Shown here: positions 33,559 to 44,011 of the stretch, one piece after another
Layout of the letters: each line of letters starts with the position of its first letter
How positions within the stretch are numbered: position 1 is the stretch's first letter
Notes under the pieces: generated by a model
Database searches by the model: none
Told to the model about the DNA's origin: nothing
What the model saw: the letters and a program-made list of their open reading frames with translations, nothing else
Program-made: the position numbers and the translations under genes
NCBI GenBank assembly: GCA_965208905.1
Contig: OZ242365.1
Span: 1,216,001 to 1,280,000 of the forward strand
Direction: 5' to 3'
Source: Nitrosopumilaceae archaeon
GTDB taxonomy: Archaea > Thermoproteota > Nitrososphaeria > Nitrososphaerales > Nitrosopumilaceae
DNA length: 64,000 nucleotides

Positions 33559-35043
33559 CTACTCTGTTGGTGTAGTGGCAGTCTCTCCCTGAATACTGAT
33601 CTTTGGAGAGTTGTCTTTGTATGTGTCATGAACACTACCTTGCAATGTGTCTGCAATGGTCCATCCAGATGCAGTTCCTGCATCTTCAGTATTACTGGCG
33701 GTAAACATGAGGCGATATGCGTTTCCTGGCAAGGGGTTGTCCACACTAAACACCACATGATATGTGGTATCTGCATCCAAACGTATCTCATCGTCGGCGG
33801 TAAATGTGTAATAACCCTTGGAGACAGGATTGTTCCCGTATAGTGTACCTATCAAATCTTTCGGCACACCTGAATCATCAGACGCTATACTTATACGGAT
33901 ATCACCAGGAGATCCCGCCAGAGAGTCAAACCCGGCAGTCAGACTATACAACACATACCCATTGGTGTCTGGACCGGTGTGAAATGCCTGCGATATGCCA
34001 TCTGGAGTATGACCGACAAACAACGAGCCAGGACTACTCTCTTGTGCAAGGTTGCTTACAAGGTATATGCGCTCAAACTGCAGTGTAGCTATGGGACCTC
34101 CAAGGAATTTACCCACATCGCGTATGCTCATTATGGTTTGATGCGGAGTAGTGGCATCATTATTTAGTGAGAACCCATCTCCATTCTCAGTACCTGCATC
34201 ATACGGAAATAACTCGACTAAACCGTGGTCTCTCCAAGAACCGTCACTCTGTAGTAGTGGCATACTCGATACGCCAGCAAACCAATCCGGACTTGGAGCT
34301 ATCATTGTTGCCAGCGTCATTGATGCATGTTTACCAGACATCTCAACCTCAAAGGCTGCAGAAGGCGTAACGCCAAAATCAACACCTGCCTCTATCACAT
34401 CTGATGTATGTGGTTGAGATGCAATAACCTCAGACCTTAACGTACCTGTTGTGCCCAATTCGGCCATTCTTTCGGTACCTGGGCTAGCAAGACCGCCAAC
34501 CTCCCAGAGACTTACTCCAGCATTGTGTACGCCTCCTATTAGGGTGGTGAAGTGGGCATTACCTGGTATGACAACATCTGGTATTAGTACATCTTTTGTA
34601 AATGCACCCTTAAACACAACCCGATAAGCCGCCTCTGTGGGTGGAATCACATTATACGTGACAGTTTCTACAGAGCACTCTGATGTATGTGATGTGTTGT
34701 TATACTTAGCATATATGATATGGGTGCCGACCCCAAGCTCAGCCGTCACATCCACCATATGTGTATCCGTACTATCGGAGATGTTTGTTGGAGGACTGAT
34801 GGCATTGGTACAATTATCCAAGTATAATGTGAGTGTGTCCCCTCCCTCGGGTACCATAACAGATACTGTGGGTGTGGTATCACTCCCCACATACGTTCCA
34901 TCATATAAGGCTCCAGCAGTCACCACTCCGTGAATGGATGGCGGCGCAAGATACATCTTCTGAGTATCCATCTCCAGCCCTGCTGCGGGACTGCCCAGTA
35001 TAACCGCTAATACGACAACCCCCGCAAGCACTACATACATCAT
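33559..35043 (-). CDS. Secreted spondin-N domain protein with choice-of-anchor-R-like C-terminus
   Basis: Signal peptide; HFTTLIGGVHN...ASPGTERMAELG...MIAPSPDWFAG...YDAGTE; LVSNL...SQAFHTG..GYVL; start uncertain (35040-35061). Confidence 0.8.
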   Translation of the reverse strand: MMYVVLAGVVVLAVILGSPAAGLEMDTQKMYLAPPSIHGVVTAGALYDGTYVGSDTTPTVSVMVPEGGDTLTLYLDNCTNAISPPTNISDSTDTHMVDVTAELGVGTHIIYAKYNNTSHTSECSVETVTYNVIPPTEAAYRVVFKGAFTKDVLIPDVVIPGNAHFTTLIGGVHNAGVSLWEVGGLASPGTERMAELGTTGTLRSEVIASQPHTSDVIEAGVDFGVTPSAAFEVEMSGKHASMTLATMIAPSPDWFAGVSSMPLLQSDGSWRDHGLVELFPYDAGTENGDGFSLNNDATTPHQTIMSIRDVGKFLGGPIATLQFERIYLVSNLAQESSPGSLFVGHTPDGISQAFHTGPDTNGYVLYSLTAGFDSLAGSPGDIRISIASDDSGVPKDLIGTLYGNNPVSKGYYTFTADDEIRLDADTTYHVVFSVDNPLPGNAYRLMFTASNTEDAGTASGWTIADTLQGSVHDTYKDNSPKISIQGETATTPTE

Positions 35044-35084
35044 CAAGAGGCACTGTGTCATTCTATTAAAGATTTTGATACGTC

Positions 35085-35235
35085 TGAACTGTCCCATTAA
35101 TGGCGCCTGTCCCAAAGTGGCGCCTAGAGTAGAAACTGGGGTCTGATTGTTTTGTAGATATTTCCTACGTGGAGTGGAAATGAGGTCGAAACAGTGGAGT
35201 GGAAATGATGGTAGGTGACCTGTATTTCCAGTCCA
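35085..35235 (+). repeat. Cassette-boundary element copy A (complete)
   Basis: TGAACTGTCCCATTAATGGCGCCTGTCCCAAAGTGGCGCC head, 3 direct GGAGTGGAAA-type boxes, 1 inverted box. Confidence 0.9.
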
Positions 35236-35651
35236 GATCTGTCAACCTTAAAACCTACAAAGTTATTTCTATTTTGATGGACAAGGAACCTTCTGATGCG
35301 CAAGTCAGTTGTAATGCCTCCCAGAATAAATGGCCTCCAGTACACAGATACACACCATATGTGATATGTGGTGACGTTTCTCAACCATACTTTAGTTTAG
35401 ACAGAATCATCATATTCGGAGTGACATTCCTCTGACAGAACAGGTCTTCAATACGACGCTTGGAAAAGCTCTAAGACGCGTCATACCAGAATGGAATGCC
35501 AAAAACGTACTTATACAACAGACCAAGACACTACAGGAATCCTCCTAAGGTTTTGGGGATTAGATACATGAGCATACCACCTTGTGGGGCTAGTGCTCAA
35601 TGACTATCCCGTGCACTGTTAATATATGACCACATGTGTCGGTATAACAAC

Positions 35652-35909
35652 ATGGACGTAGATACACTCAAAAGATCCATAAGTCCCAGGTACGGACCCC
35701 TCTACACTATTGGCATTACCAACGATCCGAAAAAGCGTAAGAAGGAACACGAGCAAGACGGTAAGGATACGAAGTATTGGCATGATTGGGCAGTAGACAG
35801 TAAGAGCGTGGCAGAGGCTGTGGAGAAATACTTCATAGGTAAGAAAACGAAGGGTGGTACCGGCGGAAACGTTGATGGCTCCAAGACCGTTTACGTGTAT
35901 ATATTCTGA
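35652..35909 (+). CDS. Small GIY-YIG-like protein, paralog 1
   Basis: YTIGITNDPKKRKKEH...AEAVEKYF...GGTGG...TVYVYIF; T-tract after stop. Confidence 0.7.
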   Translation: MDVDTLKRSISPRYGPLYTIGITNDPKKRKKEHEQDGKDTKYWHDWAVDSKSVAEAVEKYFIGKKTKGGTGGNVDGSKTVYVYIF

Positions 35910-36006
35910 TTTTTTTTGTAGGTGCTTCCATGTGTTTGAGTTGCTAAAACCAATTGATGTTATGTGTTGTCTACTCGATTATATAATTCCCGAAGTTGGT
36001 TGGTAC

Positions 36007-36100
36007 TGGTAAGAAACGCTGACCTGTTGTATGGTTGGGAAGGTGCTGACCCGGAGTGGAAACGGGGGTTTTGCACAATCAGGCATGCAGAGCTGAAATT
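36007..36100 (+). repeat. Cassette-boundary element copy B (partial)
   Basis: Two GAA..TGACC motifs, CCGGAGTGGAAAC, then ATCAGG spacer as in copies C, D, E. Confidence 0.7.
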
Positions 36101-36170
36101 AATTCGCGTGTAATGTATGACCGGATCCGCCCATCAACTGTAGTATGCGGACATCGGTGGTGAGTTAATA

Positions 36171-37406
36171 TTATGTGCTGGCATAATTTTCCGCCCGCTC
36201 CAACGCAAGCTTTACATCCATATCGCTAGGGTCGTGCTTTTCTGCCTTTTTGAGCCACTCTTTGGCATCCTTGTACTGTTTTAGTTTGAAATACTTCATG
36301 CCGACTTCATACGCGGTGTCAACGGTATCCGCCAACTCATGCGCCTTCTTGGAAAATTTAATTGTCATATCAGGGGTAAACCCAAGCTCCTCCAGCCTGC
36401 TGGTGGCCAACCAATATGCATCTGCTGAGTCGGCGCATATCTCAAAGGCCCTATCCACATGCCCCTGATAATCCTTACCTGCTGCTCTGAACCCGTCCAC
36501 TATATCGCACATGATCCGCGCCGCATCCATGCGTAGCCATTTGGCCTCTTTCTTCTTGCTCGTGGGAATTACCTTCACATGCTCCAAGAGGGAGTTTAGT
36601 GCCTGATGTAATACGTCTCCAGCACCTTTGTTACCGATATGTGCCAATGATCTTCCGTAACACATTAGATACTTCCAGTCGGAGTGACCGCGCACTAATC
36701 TCAGACTGCTCACCGCATCCTTATGCCTACCTGCCTCCGAGAGCTCCCGGCCACTGTAAAAAGCATAGTCGTCGCGACCAAGCACAACCTCAAACAGATC
36801 CTTTGCCAATGCGATGCATACTCTTGGGCTGAGATTCGTGTCTTCCAGTGTGTGGGTATGGGTGTGGCGTCGCTCGAACAGATCATCATATTCTTCCACA
36901 TCGATTTTTCTTTCATCAAGTACACGGTTGGTGACATCTAAACTGTTGACCGCCTCCACACTCTGGAAGTTTAGCGCGGATGCTGCAAGGGACTCTATCA
37001 GCATGGGTTGCCGTATATCACATGCTTCGTCAATCAGGGTATTAAGATCCTTGATACTAATAGTAAAACTACCGTCATTGGCAATGTCCTGAACATGTTT
37101 GCGGAGCACCTCATCATGGCGGCGCGTGTTATCCACACACCAACTGTCTGACCAGTCCAACATATCCATCACCAACAGCACATTGAGTATGAGTTCTTGC
37201 GGCATGGGTTCGCCGTCCCCATACATGAATCTCTTTTTTGTCCTGCAAAACTCCTCGATCATAGTACAGACTGCCACCGGAACCTGCTTTTTGAGAACTG
37301 GAGGGAGTCTGTACGCCTCGATATGCTCCTCAAGACGGTGCAGGTGGCTCAACGTCCGCTCATACGTGAGGTGTGAGAAGATAGTGTTTCTGTTTTTGTG
37401 TCGCAT
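36171..37406 (-). CDS. HEPN-like domain plus TPR protein
   Basis: IEEFCR helix and RHTHTH (Rx4H) motif; C-terminal TPRs (YEVGMKYFKLKQYKDAKEWLKKA). Confidence 0.6.
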   Translation of the reverse strand: MRHKNRNTIFSHLTYERTLSHLHRLEEHIEAYRLPPVLKKQVPVAVCTMIEEFCRTKKRFMYGDGEPMPQELILNVLLVMDMLDWSDSWCVDNTRRHDEVLRKHVQDIANDGSFTISIKDLNTLIDEACDIRQPMLIESLAASALNFQSVEAVNSLDVTNRVLDERKIDVEEYDDLFERRHTHTHTLEDTNLSPRVCIALAKDLFEVVLGRDDYAFYSGRELSEAGRHKDAVSSLRLVRGHSDWKYLMCYGRSLAHIGNKGAGDVLHQALNSLLEHVKVIPTSKKKEAKWLRMDAARIMCDIVDGFRAAGKDYQGHVDRAFEICADSADAYWLATSRLEELGFTPDMTIKFSKKAHELADTVDTAYEVGMKYFKLKQYKDAKEWLKKAEKHDPSDMDVKLALERAENYAST

Positions 37407-37964
37407 TATGGTCTATGATGCGCGCCCCATTGCAAAAATGTTTTGTTCATTTGTCGAATGTTATGGGTACACGTTTAGGCTAAGCGAACTTTGCGTCACA
37501 ATCATACCTGAATACCACATTAACCCATTCCTTTGATAACATAGTTGCAGGCAGACATGGAGTGCGGCGCGGACACATTCTGACAGTTCCCACCCTAGAT
37601 CTCTGTCTTGATGTTGGATTCTGCGACAGTTAACTACTTGGCGGTGGCCATGTACCAGTCGAGTATGGGGTATGCGGACCTCCCAGTACAGGTACATCAC
37701 ACCCACGGCATCCTGGAGCGGGAGCTCACCAGACTGGACGCCCTCTCCACATGCGACCTCCATACGCTGGTGCCGCGCAGACCCATACAGTACGACCCAC
37801 TGCAGGGAGTCTCTACCGAGTGATTAGTGGTTGTTAACTTGTTGTGTGGCAAGGTGCTGGCCACAAGAGGCCGCAATCCGGAGACTTACATAGATGGGTA
37901 GACAGGGATCCGGCCCACATGGGCGTTCAGACGGTTAATATGGCCATCCCATAGTTTTGAGCCA

Positions 37965-38234
37965 ATGGACAAGAACGAACTCAAGGAGTGGATAGAGGCC
38001 ACAAGAGGCAGTGTGCCTTATGGCGCGTGGACTATCGGCATTACCGTCAATCCGGCGGAACGCAAGAAGGCGCATGAGGCTGACAACAAGAATGTGGTGT
38101 TCTGATGGCATCGGGAGGCCAACAGCAAGCAAGTAGCACAAGATGCGGAGACATACTTCCTGGACAAAGGGATGAAGGGCGGCAGAGGCGGCAATATTGG
38201 TGACAACGAGACCGTCTATGTGTACATATTCTGA
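37965..38234 (+). pseudogene. Small GIY-YIG-like protein, paralog 2, internal TGA
   Basis: MDKNELK...WTIGITVNPAERKKAH...VVF*WH...AETYF..GGRGG...TVYVYIF; stop at 38103-38105. Confidence 0.8.
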
Positions 38235-38335
38235 TTTTTTAGATGGTTAGAGACGGCTAGGACACTCTATAGACGGAACTATGACAGATGTAATGGTCTT
38301 ATAGAGATGATCGATTGAGTGGGTGCGGCGGCGCC

Positions 38336-38830
38336 CTATGATATGGTTATTGGTCGTCTAATCTTTAACTTTGTTGCAATATCAATAAGGTTTCGTGTTT
38401 TGTTTTCAAGTTCGTTGTTTTCACCGTACTTCTTCCACATGTGAGATCGGCTGTTCTTTAGTACTGCCGGATCGTCGAACTTCTCAACCAGCCAAGATTC
38501 TATCTCAATAATTTGGGCAACACCTGTCGTATAGTTATCCTCATCTGGAAGTTGTGTGAGGTTGTTTTCAATATTAAGACGCAACAGTTCTAGCCGCCGT
38601 ACATGCCTTGTGAAATATAGTTCGAGCATCATCGCCTTCTCGTCACTGTCATGCATGTCCATGGATTTGGAGTTAATCGTGCTTGTAATTTTTATCAGTT
38701 CACGTACGTTGTTGTTTATTGTTTTTTTCACATACCTTTGCCGTTTATTTTCATCTGACCTTCTACTCCACCATACATATAGGCCAAATCCAACACTAAA
38801 CAAGGAGAAGTATGGTATAATTTCCTCCAT
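38336..38830 (-). CDS. N-terminally anchored hypothetical membrane protein
   Basis: 164 aa with TM at N-terminus; 21 bp downstream of the next ORF. Confidence 0.7.
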   Translation of the reverse strand: MEEIIPYFSLFSVGFGLYVWWSRRSDENKRQRYVKKTINNNVRELIKITSTINSKSMDMHDSDEKAMMLELYFTRHVRRLELLRLNIENNLTQLPDEDNYTTGVAQIIEIESWLVEKFDDPAVLKNSRSHMWKKYGENNELENKTRNLIDIATKLKIRRPITIS

Positions 38831-38851
38831 GATCTGTCCATCTACCGTATA

Positions 38852-39544
38852 TTATTTAGGTGTTTCAGGATCAAAAGTCAGATCATCCAACATGCGATAC
38901 CAGTCTGAGTCCTCAATATCAAGATAAAACGAAATTGTAAAATCTGTACGCATATTCATGGATGCCGGCTTATTCCGTTTTATTGGGCCAAATTCGAAAA
39001 TACCAAATCTTACCTTGACGGTCTCGGCCACGTTTACAAATTCATCAAACTTGTCATGGGTTGAGCCGCACGTGTTTTGGATTAGTTCGTAGTCCAGTCG
39101 GAGGAGATTTGTGCTGTTATGATATCTGATTCCATCCAGTCCAAACTCTAAACTCATTTTTTTAATAAAATTATACCGATTCACCCGAGTCAATTTCTCT
39201 CTGATATCATTTACTAATTGATGATTTGTTAGTGGCATTTCATCTATGGGTCCTTCCAAACCATGCAGGTTTTTTAACAGCACGTATGCATCCTCTCTCG
39301 CCTCCGTTATTCCGAGCAAATACAATTTCCTTGTTTTGGTACGAAAGAGAAAATTGCATAATGCCGTTCCTATCTTTGGCTTTTGTATCCACACTTTTCC
39401 GTGTATGTTACCCTCTTTCAATTTTACATCTCCTATTCTAGGGAATCGCGATTCGTCATTATTCTCTACTTCTTTAAGCGCATTAAAAATTACATCAGCA
39501 TCATTAGTCACTATTTCGTAAACCTTGGCTGAGCGACTTATCAT
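38852..39544 (-). CDS. Hypothetical protein
   Basis: 230 aa ORF, probable operon with 38336-38830. Confidence 0.7.
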   Translation of the reverse strand: MISRSAKVYEIVTNDADVIFNALKEVENNDESRFPRIGDVKLKEGNIHGKVWIQKPKIGTALCNFLFRTKTRKLYLLGITEAREDAYVLLKNLHGLEGPIDEMPLTNHQLVNDIREKLTRVNRYNFIKKMSLEFGLDGIRYHNSTNLLRLDYELIQNTCGSTHDKFDEFVNVAETVKVRFGIFEFGPIKRNKPASMNMRTDFTISFYLDIEDSDWYRMLDDLTFDPETPK

Positions 39545-39836
39545 TCACAAGCCTCCGTTATTTAGCCTGCCGAACATGAAGCACCGACCATTCAGCCGCC
39601 TCCCGCTCTTCATATCCAATGCATCTGACATGGGCAAGACCATGGTGTGGATCCGTTCCATGGCGTGGTCTCACAGCATGCCTACATAACCCCACAACTC
39701 TTATCTGGTTCACTATTCGTCAAATTAAGTGGACTAGGGTTGGGCACTTAAGTGTATGGGTCCCTGACGGCTGTTAAGTTAGTGTGACCTGGGATCTGTT
39801 GTTAAATCTGTGACTTGGGTGTTAAAGGAGTGATCT

Positions 39837-39851
39837 GGGGGGGGGGGGGGG
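39837..39851. repeat. G15 homopolymer
   Basis: 15 consecutive G. Confidence 0.9.
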
Positions 39852-39970
39852 ACAGTGTTAAATCTGCGAGGTCGTGTCGGGGGCGGTGCTTGTGCTAAGC
39901 CTAAACGCGTACGACGGCGCGGCCAGATGATATAAATAGCCACGCTGCCGATCACGCCCAATGAACAGAA

Positions 39971-40228
39971 ATGAATAGTAAGGGCATAATTGACGGCATA
40001 CTGGATGTTATAAGGCAGGACAGTGGGCCAATATGGTCCGTTGGAACCACATCAGATCCGGAGGCATGTAGGAAAAAACACAATGCCAAAGGATGGCATG
40101 TATGGGTAGCAGACGATTTGGATACCGCCTTATACGTCGAAGCCCATTTCAACCATACGAAACTAACTGGACATGGTTTGGGTTGTCCAATGAATGGCCC
40201 GAGCATCTTTGTGTATCTGTTTTGGTGA
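39971..40228 (+). CDS. Small GIY-YIG-like protein, paralog 3
   Basis: WSVGTTSDPEACRKKH...WHVWVAD...ALYVEAHF...FVYLFW. Confidence 0.65.
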   Translation: MNSKGIIDGILDVIRQDSGPIWSVGTTSDPEACRKKHNAKGWHVWVADDLDTALYVEAHFNHTKLTGHGLGCPMNGPSIFVYLFW

Positions 40229-40360
40229 GTAGGATACTCTGTACTGGTCCCGATTCTCGGCCCTACACCCTAGGAGCCGAACCCTTGGCAACTGGAAAGT
40301 TAGTGGGGGATGAGATCTCTTGAAAAGTTGGGAGATGGCGGCTCGACGGATACAATATAG

Positions 40361-40621
40361 TGAACTGTTCAGTTAACAGCGCCTGTTCAATTATAGCGCC
40401 CGGAGTGGAAACGTCGGTAGTGCACGATCAGGTGTGCGGAGTGGAGATGAGGTCAAAATGGTGGGGTGGAAATGGTGGCCGTATACCTAGGTTTCTAGTC
40501 TAGGGGAGCTGGGAAGATACGGTGACCTGTACAAAAGTGGGAAATGTGTGACCTAGAATCTGGGAAATGTGTGACCTACCTACATTTCCACTCCGCTCAA
40601 TCAACCACCATTTCCACTCCA
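40361..40621 (+). repeat. Cassette-boundary element copy C (long, composite)
   Basis: TGAACTGTTCAG head, 3 direct boxes, inverted box, 3 GGGAA..TGACCT motifs, 2 further inverted ATTTCCACTCC boxes. Confidence 0.9.
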
Positions 40622-40658
40622 GGTGTAATTGGTTACCACGAAGCATTACGTAATATTA

Positions 40659-41219
40659 CTAATCACCATCATAAGCACGAAACAGCTTCAGGAGCCACCG
40701 TTTGTTACACTCATTCTCTTTGATAAACTTCTTGACGGATTTTATTAGATTCTCTAAACTAGCCTCCATAGGTTCAGACATTGAACCAGGTAAGCGATAA
40801 AACGGTCTCAACACATCTGGATCCGACTCCCTCATAAGCTTACGGTTGTATGAATCGACAGCTCTATGTAAGTGGTGAACATCTTTCTGCAATTTGTGAC
40901 TCAGATATGAGATTCCACCGGAGTTGGCTAAACCCTCATAACCACTCTTTTGTAATGGTAGAAGGACATCCCGTAATGTCCTCGGTTGTGTAGTGTGAGG
41001 TCCCACTTGTAATGGTAGAAAGATGTCCTTACCTGAACCAAGTATATTTTTGGAGACTCTCATGGTCTCATACATTACGTCAAGATCTGCAAGCAACATC
41101 TTCGCAAAGCGTATACGATGTAATACATTGCGTACATGCCAGTGGAGGATGAAGAATACAAGTCCCACACCAATAGCAACGACTTCAATAATTGTCGGCA
41201 ACCAGTCAGGAGGTAACAT
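40659..41219 (-). CDS. N-terminally anchored hypothetical membrane protein
   Basis: TM IIEVVAIGVGLVFFIL followed by a helical domain. Confidence 0.65.
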   Translation of the reverse strand: MLPPDWLPTIIEVVAIGVGLVFFILHWHVRNVLHRIRFAKMLLADLDVMYETMRVSKNILGSGKDIFLPLQVGPHTTQPRTLRDVLLPLQKSGYEGLANSGGISYLSHKLQKDVHHLHRAVDSYNRKLMRESDPDVLRPFYRLPGSMSEPMEASLENLIKSVKKFIKENECNKRWLLKLFRAYDGD

Positions 41220-41325
41220 CACTATACATGGTGTAATGGTTACGTAAATACCCCCGCTACACACAATCGACAATCATAAATTAGATGTTACAACACCCAT
41301 CAAAAATTAAAAAATGAAAAGTTGT

Positions 41326-42627
41326 TTACTCTCTTTGAGCCTTTGTTGCTACCTCTATGAGGGTCTTCCACTTGTTTGTACCATCTATGATAATACCCGC
41401 GGCTTCAGCTGGAGTTTGACCATCTGCTAGTCCAAGGTGTGGGCGTACACAGTTATGATATATCTTCAAGCCACTTACTATGGGGGAGTCCTCGCGCTTG
41501 AGACCACGCGCTGCCTCCTCGCGATACCTGAGTGTATTACCATTGAATGATTCCATTTGGTTGTTGTGGTGGATGCCGTCAAACGCGACATCGTTTACAT
41601 GTTGGGTTTCTTTGTGTAGGAAGTTCTTGGACTTGTACTGTTTCTCCCATGCGTTGTGAAAGTTGGCCGCACCATCCGATATCAGAGTATCTGGAACTTT
41701 ACCTGCAATCTCCTTTGCATGTGCAAACATGGGCGCGACATCATCATTTCCTTTGTGTTCTGCAACCATCTTTGAAATCCAATACCTTGTACCAGAGTCC
41801 AGCATAGCGAATAGATATCTCTTCCTTCCCTTGACCTTCATGTGTAACTCATCAGTACGCCATGCCTCACTGAGCCGTGGGTGGACTGTATCGATATATG
41901 ACTCCATTAGTTCTGCATACGTAGAGCCCCAGTTCTGTATAGTCCTGTAGGTTATCTTTAGTCCCTTCTGCTTTAGATGGTTTGCCACCTTCCTAGATGA
42001 TAGTCCGGCAAAGTACATTCCTACTGCTGCGCAGACATCATCAGGCGTAGCGCGCTTCCTCTCGAATCCAAGGTTTTGGATGAATCGTTTCCCACATGTC
42101 TTGCATCCATACTGTTGCTTCTTGCCTCGTACACCCTTCTTGATGATGTGTATGGAGTCGCAGAACTTGCATCTGGTATGGTTATGTGGCTGTATTATAC
42201 GTCGTTCCCCATTATGCCACTGTACTGCCTGAATGTGCTTACATGTACTGCCCGTATGCATATGGTCTGGGCATGAACATATCCATCCATTGCCAAAGTC
42301 GCGTACTTCATAGGATTCATCCTTGCTTTGTGATTTCACTAAATAGTGGTCTGATGCGATACGTTCAACCTGTCCGGCGGCTTGATGTATCATCATACCG
42401 CGGTCAGCGCGTGCCTTCATTCCAAGCCGCTCTTCCAGCGCGTATGCGTGCTTACAATATTGTGTATTATCCGGACAGTTACAATCCCAGCCGGCCGTAG
42501 TACGGCATAGTGTATATTGTACATCTGGTGTGGTCTGTGAACAAACCTGATACGTAGACTCATCCATACGATACATCTGATGTTTCTTTTTTGTTATGTT
42601 TATTCCTCGTTGTTTTCTATAATTCAT
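41326..42627 (-). mobile_element. IS6-family DDE transposase with two SWIM fingers and a Zn ribbon
   Basis: WDCNCPD..YCKH, WICSCPD..CKH, CKFC..CKTC; WRTDELHMKVKG..YLFAMLD, ISDG, NNQMES. Confidence 0.85.
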
Positions 42628-42835
42628 TTGTGTGGTAACGTATCGGTAGTATTTAAGGTGGTAAAAGTCAATCTTAAGGTATGGAAGTACGCCTGTGAAA
42701 GTTGTGGCCATACACGGACTACGCAGAACGAAGTTTATTCCAGTATGGAAGTTAACATTCCGTACAGTTGCCAGATAGTTGGGACTAGATGACTGGAGGT
42801 TGCCAATCGATTGGTTTGACACTGCTTGAAATTAT

Positions 42836-43552
42836 TCAGTTTTTACACTCTACATACTTGGACATCTGTAAGCCGACAACAACAGATGTGAAAAAAATGA
42901 ATCCTGCTATACACCCAAACATCAAGGCCTGTGGTATGTTATTCAGACCTACACCAAACAGTGCTCCAAAATACGACATAACACCTGTAAATAACGAGCA
43001 ACCAAACAACTTAGTCCATTGCTTGGTAGGTAGTTGTAGTCTAAACATAGTATATGTCAAACAATGTGATCCGTTGTGTGATTTGGTAAGGTTATCCAAA
43101 TTCTTTTGTAGTTTGGCGCACATCTGTTCTGCATCATCTTGTAGTTTCATGTAGTTTGCCATGATGAATGGGTTTGGCTTACCGTTTGCCAACGCAGACA
43201 TGCCCAATGTGTCCTTCTTTAACAAATCAAGATATATGGAGAACGTCTCACTCGTCAACAAATTACCTGATTGCTCAAAGTGTTTACGCAGCCATTCGTA
43301 AGAGTCCAGCGTAAACCAGTGTGTATACTGCTTTATTCCAGTGGATGCAGGGTGTGCCTGCCACCTGTTGTTGCACTCCTTTAGGAATCGCCACAACGTG
43401 TCGTATGCCATCAACTGGTCTTGGATATGTTTTTGGCGCTCCTCACTCTTCTGTCTTCGTGTTTGGTCTAGGAATATCCACCTACTACCAAACACACCAA
43501 TTATACTTCCACCCAAGCCTGCTATAATTGGTATCAGAATGTCAAGAACCAT
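42836..43552 (-). CDS. Membrane protein, paralog of 58425-58943
   Basis: N-terminal TM; shared WLRxHFxxxGxLL segment; C-terminal TMs. Confidence 0.65.
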   Translation of the reverse strand: MVLDILIPIIAGLGGSIIGVFGSRWIFLDQTRRQKSEERQKHIQDQLMAYDTLWRFLKECNNRWQAHPASTGIKQYTHWFTLDSYEWLRKHFEQSGNLLTSETFSIYLDLLKKDTLGMSALANGKPNPFIMANYMKLQDDAEQMCAKLQKNLDNLTKSHNGSHCLTYTMFRLQLPTKQWTKLFGCSLFTGVMSYFGALFGVGLNNIPQALMFGCIAGFIFFTSVVVGLQMSKYVECKN

Positions 43553-43555
43553 TAA

Positions 43556-43822
43556 TCATATCCTCATACCCCTCCAATAAGAATTCTCGATCCGACTATT
43601 ATCAGACCTGAATGACTTCTTCCGATATAGTTTGTCGACCTTCATGTCGAGCTTGTGATGAGCCTTGAATAAATCTGGAGGCATTGTATTAGTATCATAT
43701 AGGTCTGCAAGAGTGGATTCCGGGCGTGCATTACGCGCGTCTAATACTACCTGCGCATATGATTCCAACACATCCAATGGTTTGTCCGGGATGGGGAATG
43801 TGTTATAAACCATGCCTCCCAC
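43556..43822 (-). pseudogene. C-terminal fragment of MmeI-like Type IIL R-M enzyme
   Basis: VYNTFP...TLADLYD..MPPDL.KAH.KLD..VDKLY; 5' part replaced by repeat D. Confidence 0.8.
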
Positions 43823-43823
43823 A

Positions 43824-43963
43824 TGAACTGTCCCATTAATGGCGCCTGTCCCAAAATAGCGCTTGGAGTGGAAGTGGTGGTCCTGTACGATCAGGAGTGT
43901 GGAGTGGAAATGAAGTTTGTTTTAGCGGGGTAGAAATAGCGGTCTTCACACGTTTCCACTCCA
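43824..43963 (+). repeat. Cassette-boundary element copy D (complete)
   Basis: Same head as A, 3 direct boxes, inverted GTTTCCACTCCA. Confidence 0.9.
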
Positions 43964-44011
43964 CTCAAATAGACTGGTTGTACACCTACTGATGTGTGAT
44001 TGGCATCCTCT

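Noticed and set aside
35420-35549. Fragment TEQVFNTTLGKALRRVIPEW, possibly the N-terminus of an R-M enzyme
   Set aside because: Too short to call by eye.
38103-38105. In-frame TGA as selenocysteine or recoding
   Set aside because: It aligns with a Trp-rich position in the paralogs and TGA is used as a stop elsewhere; a nonsense mutation is simpler.
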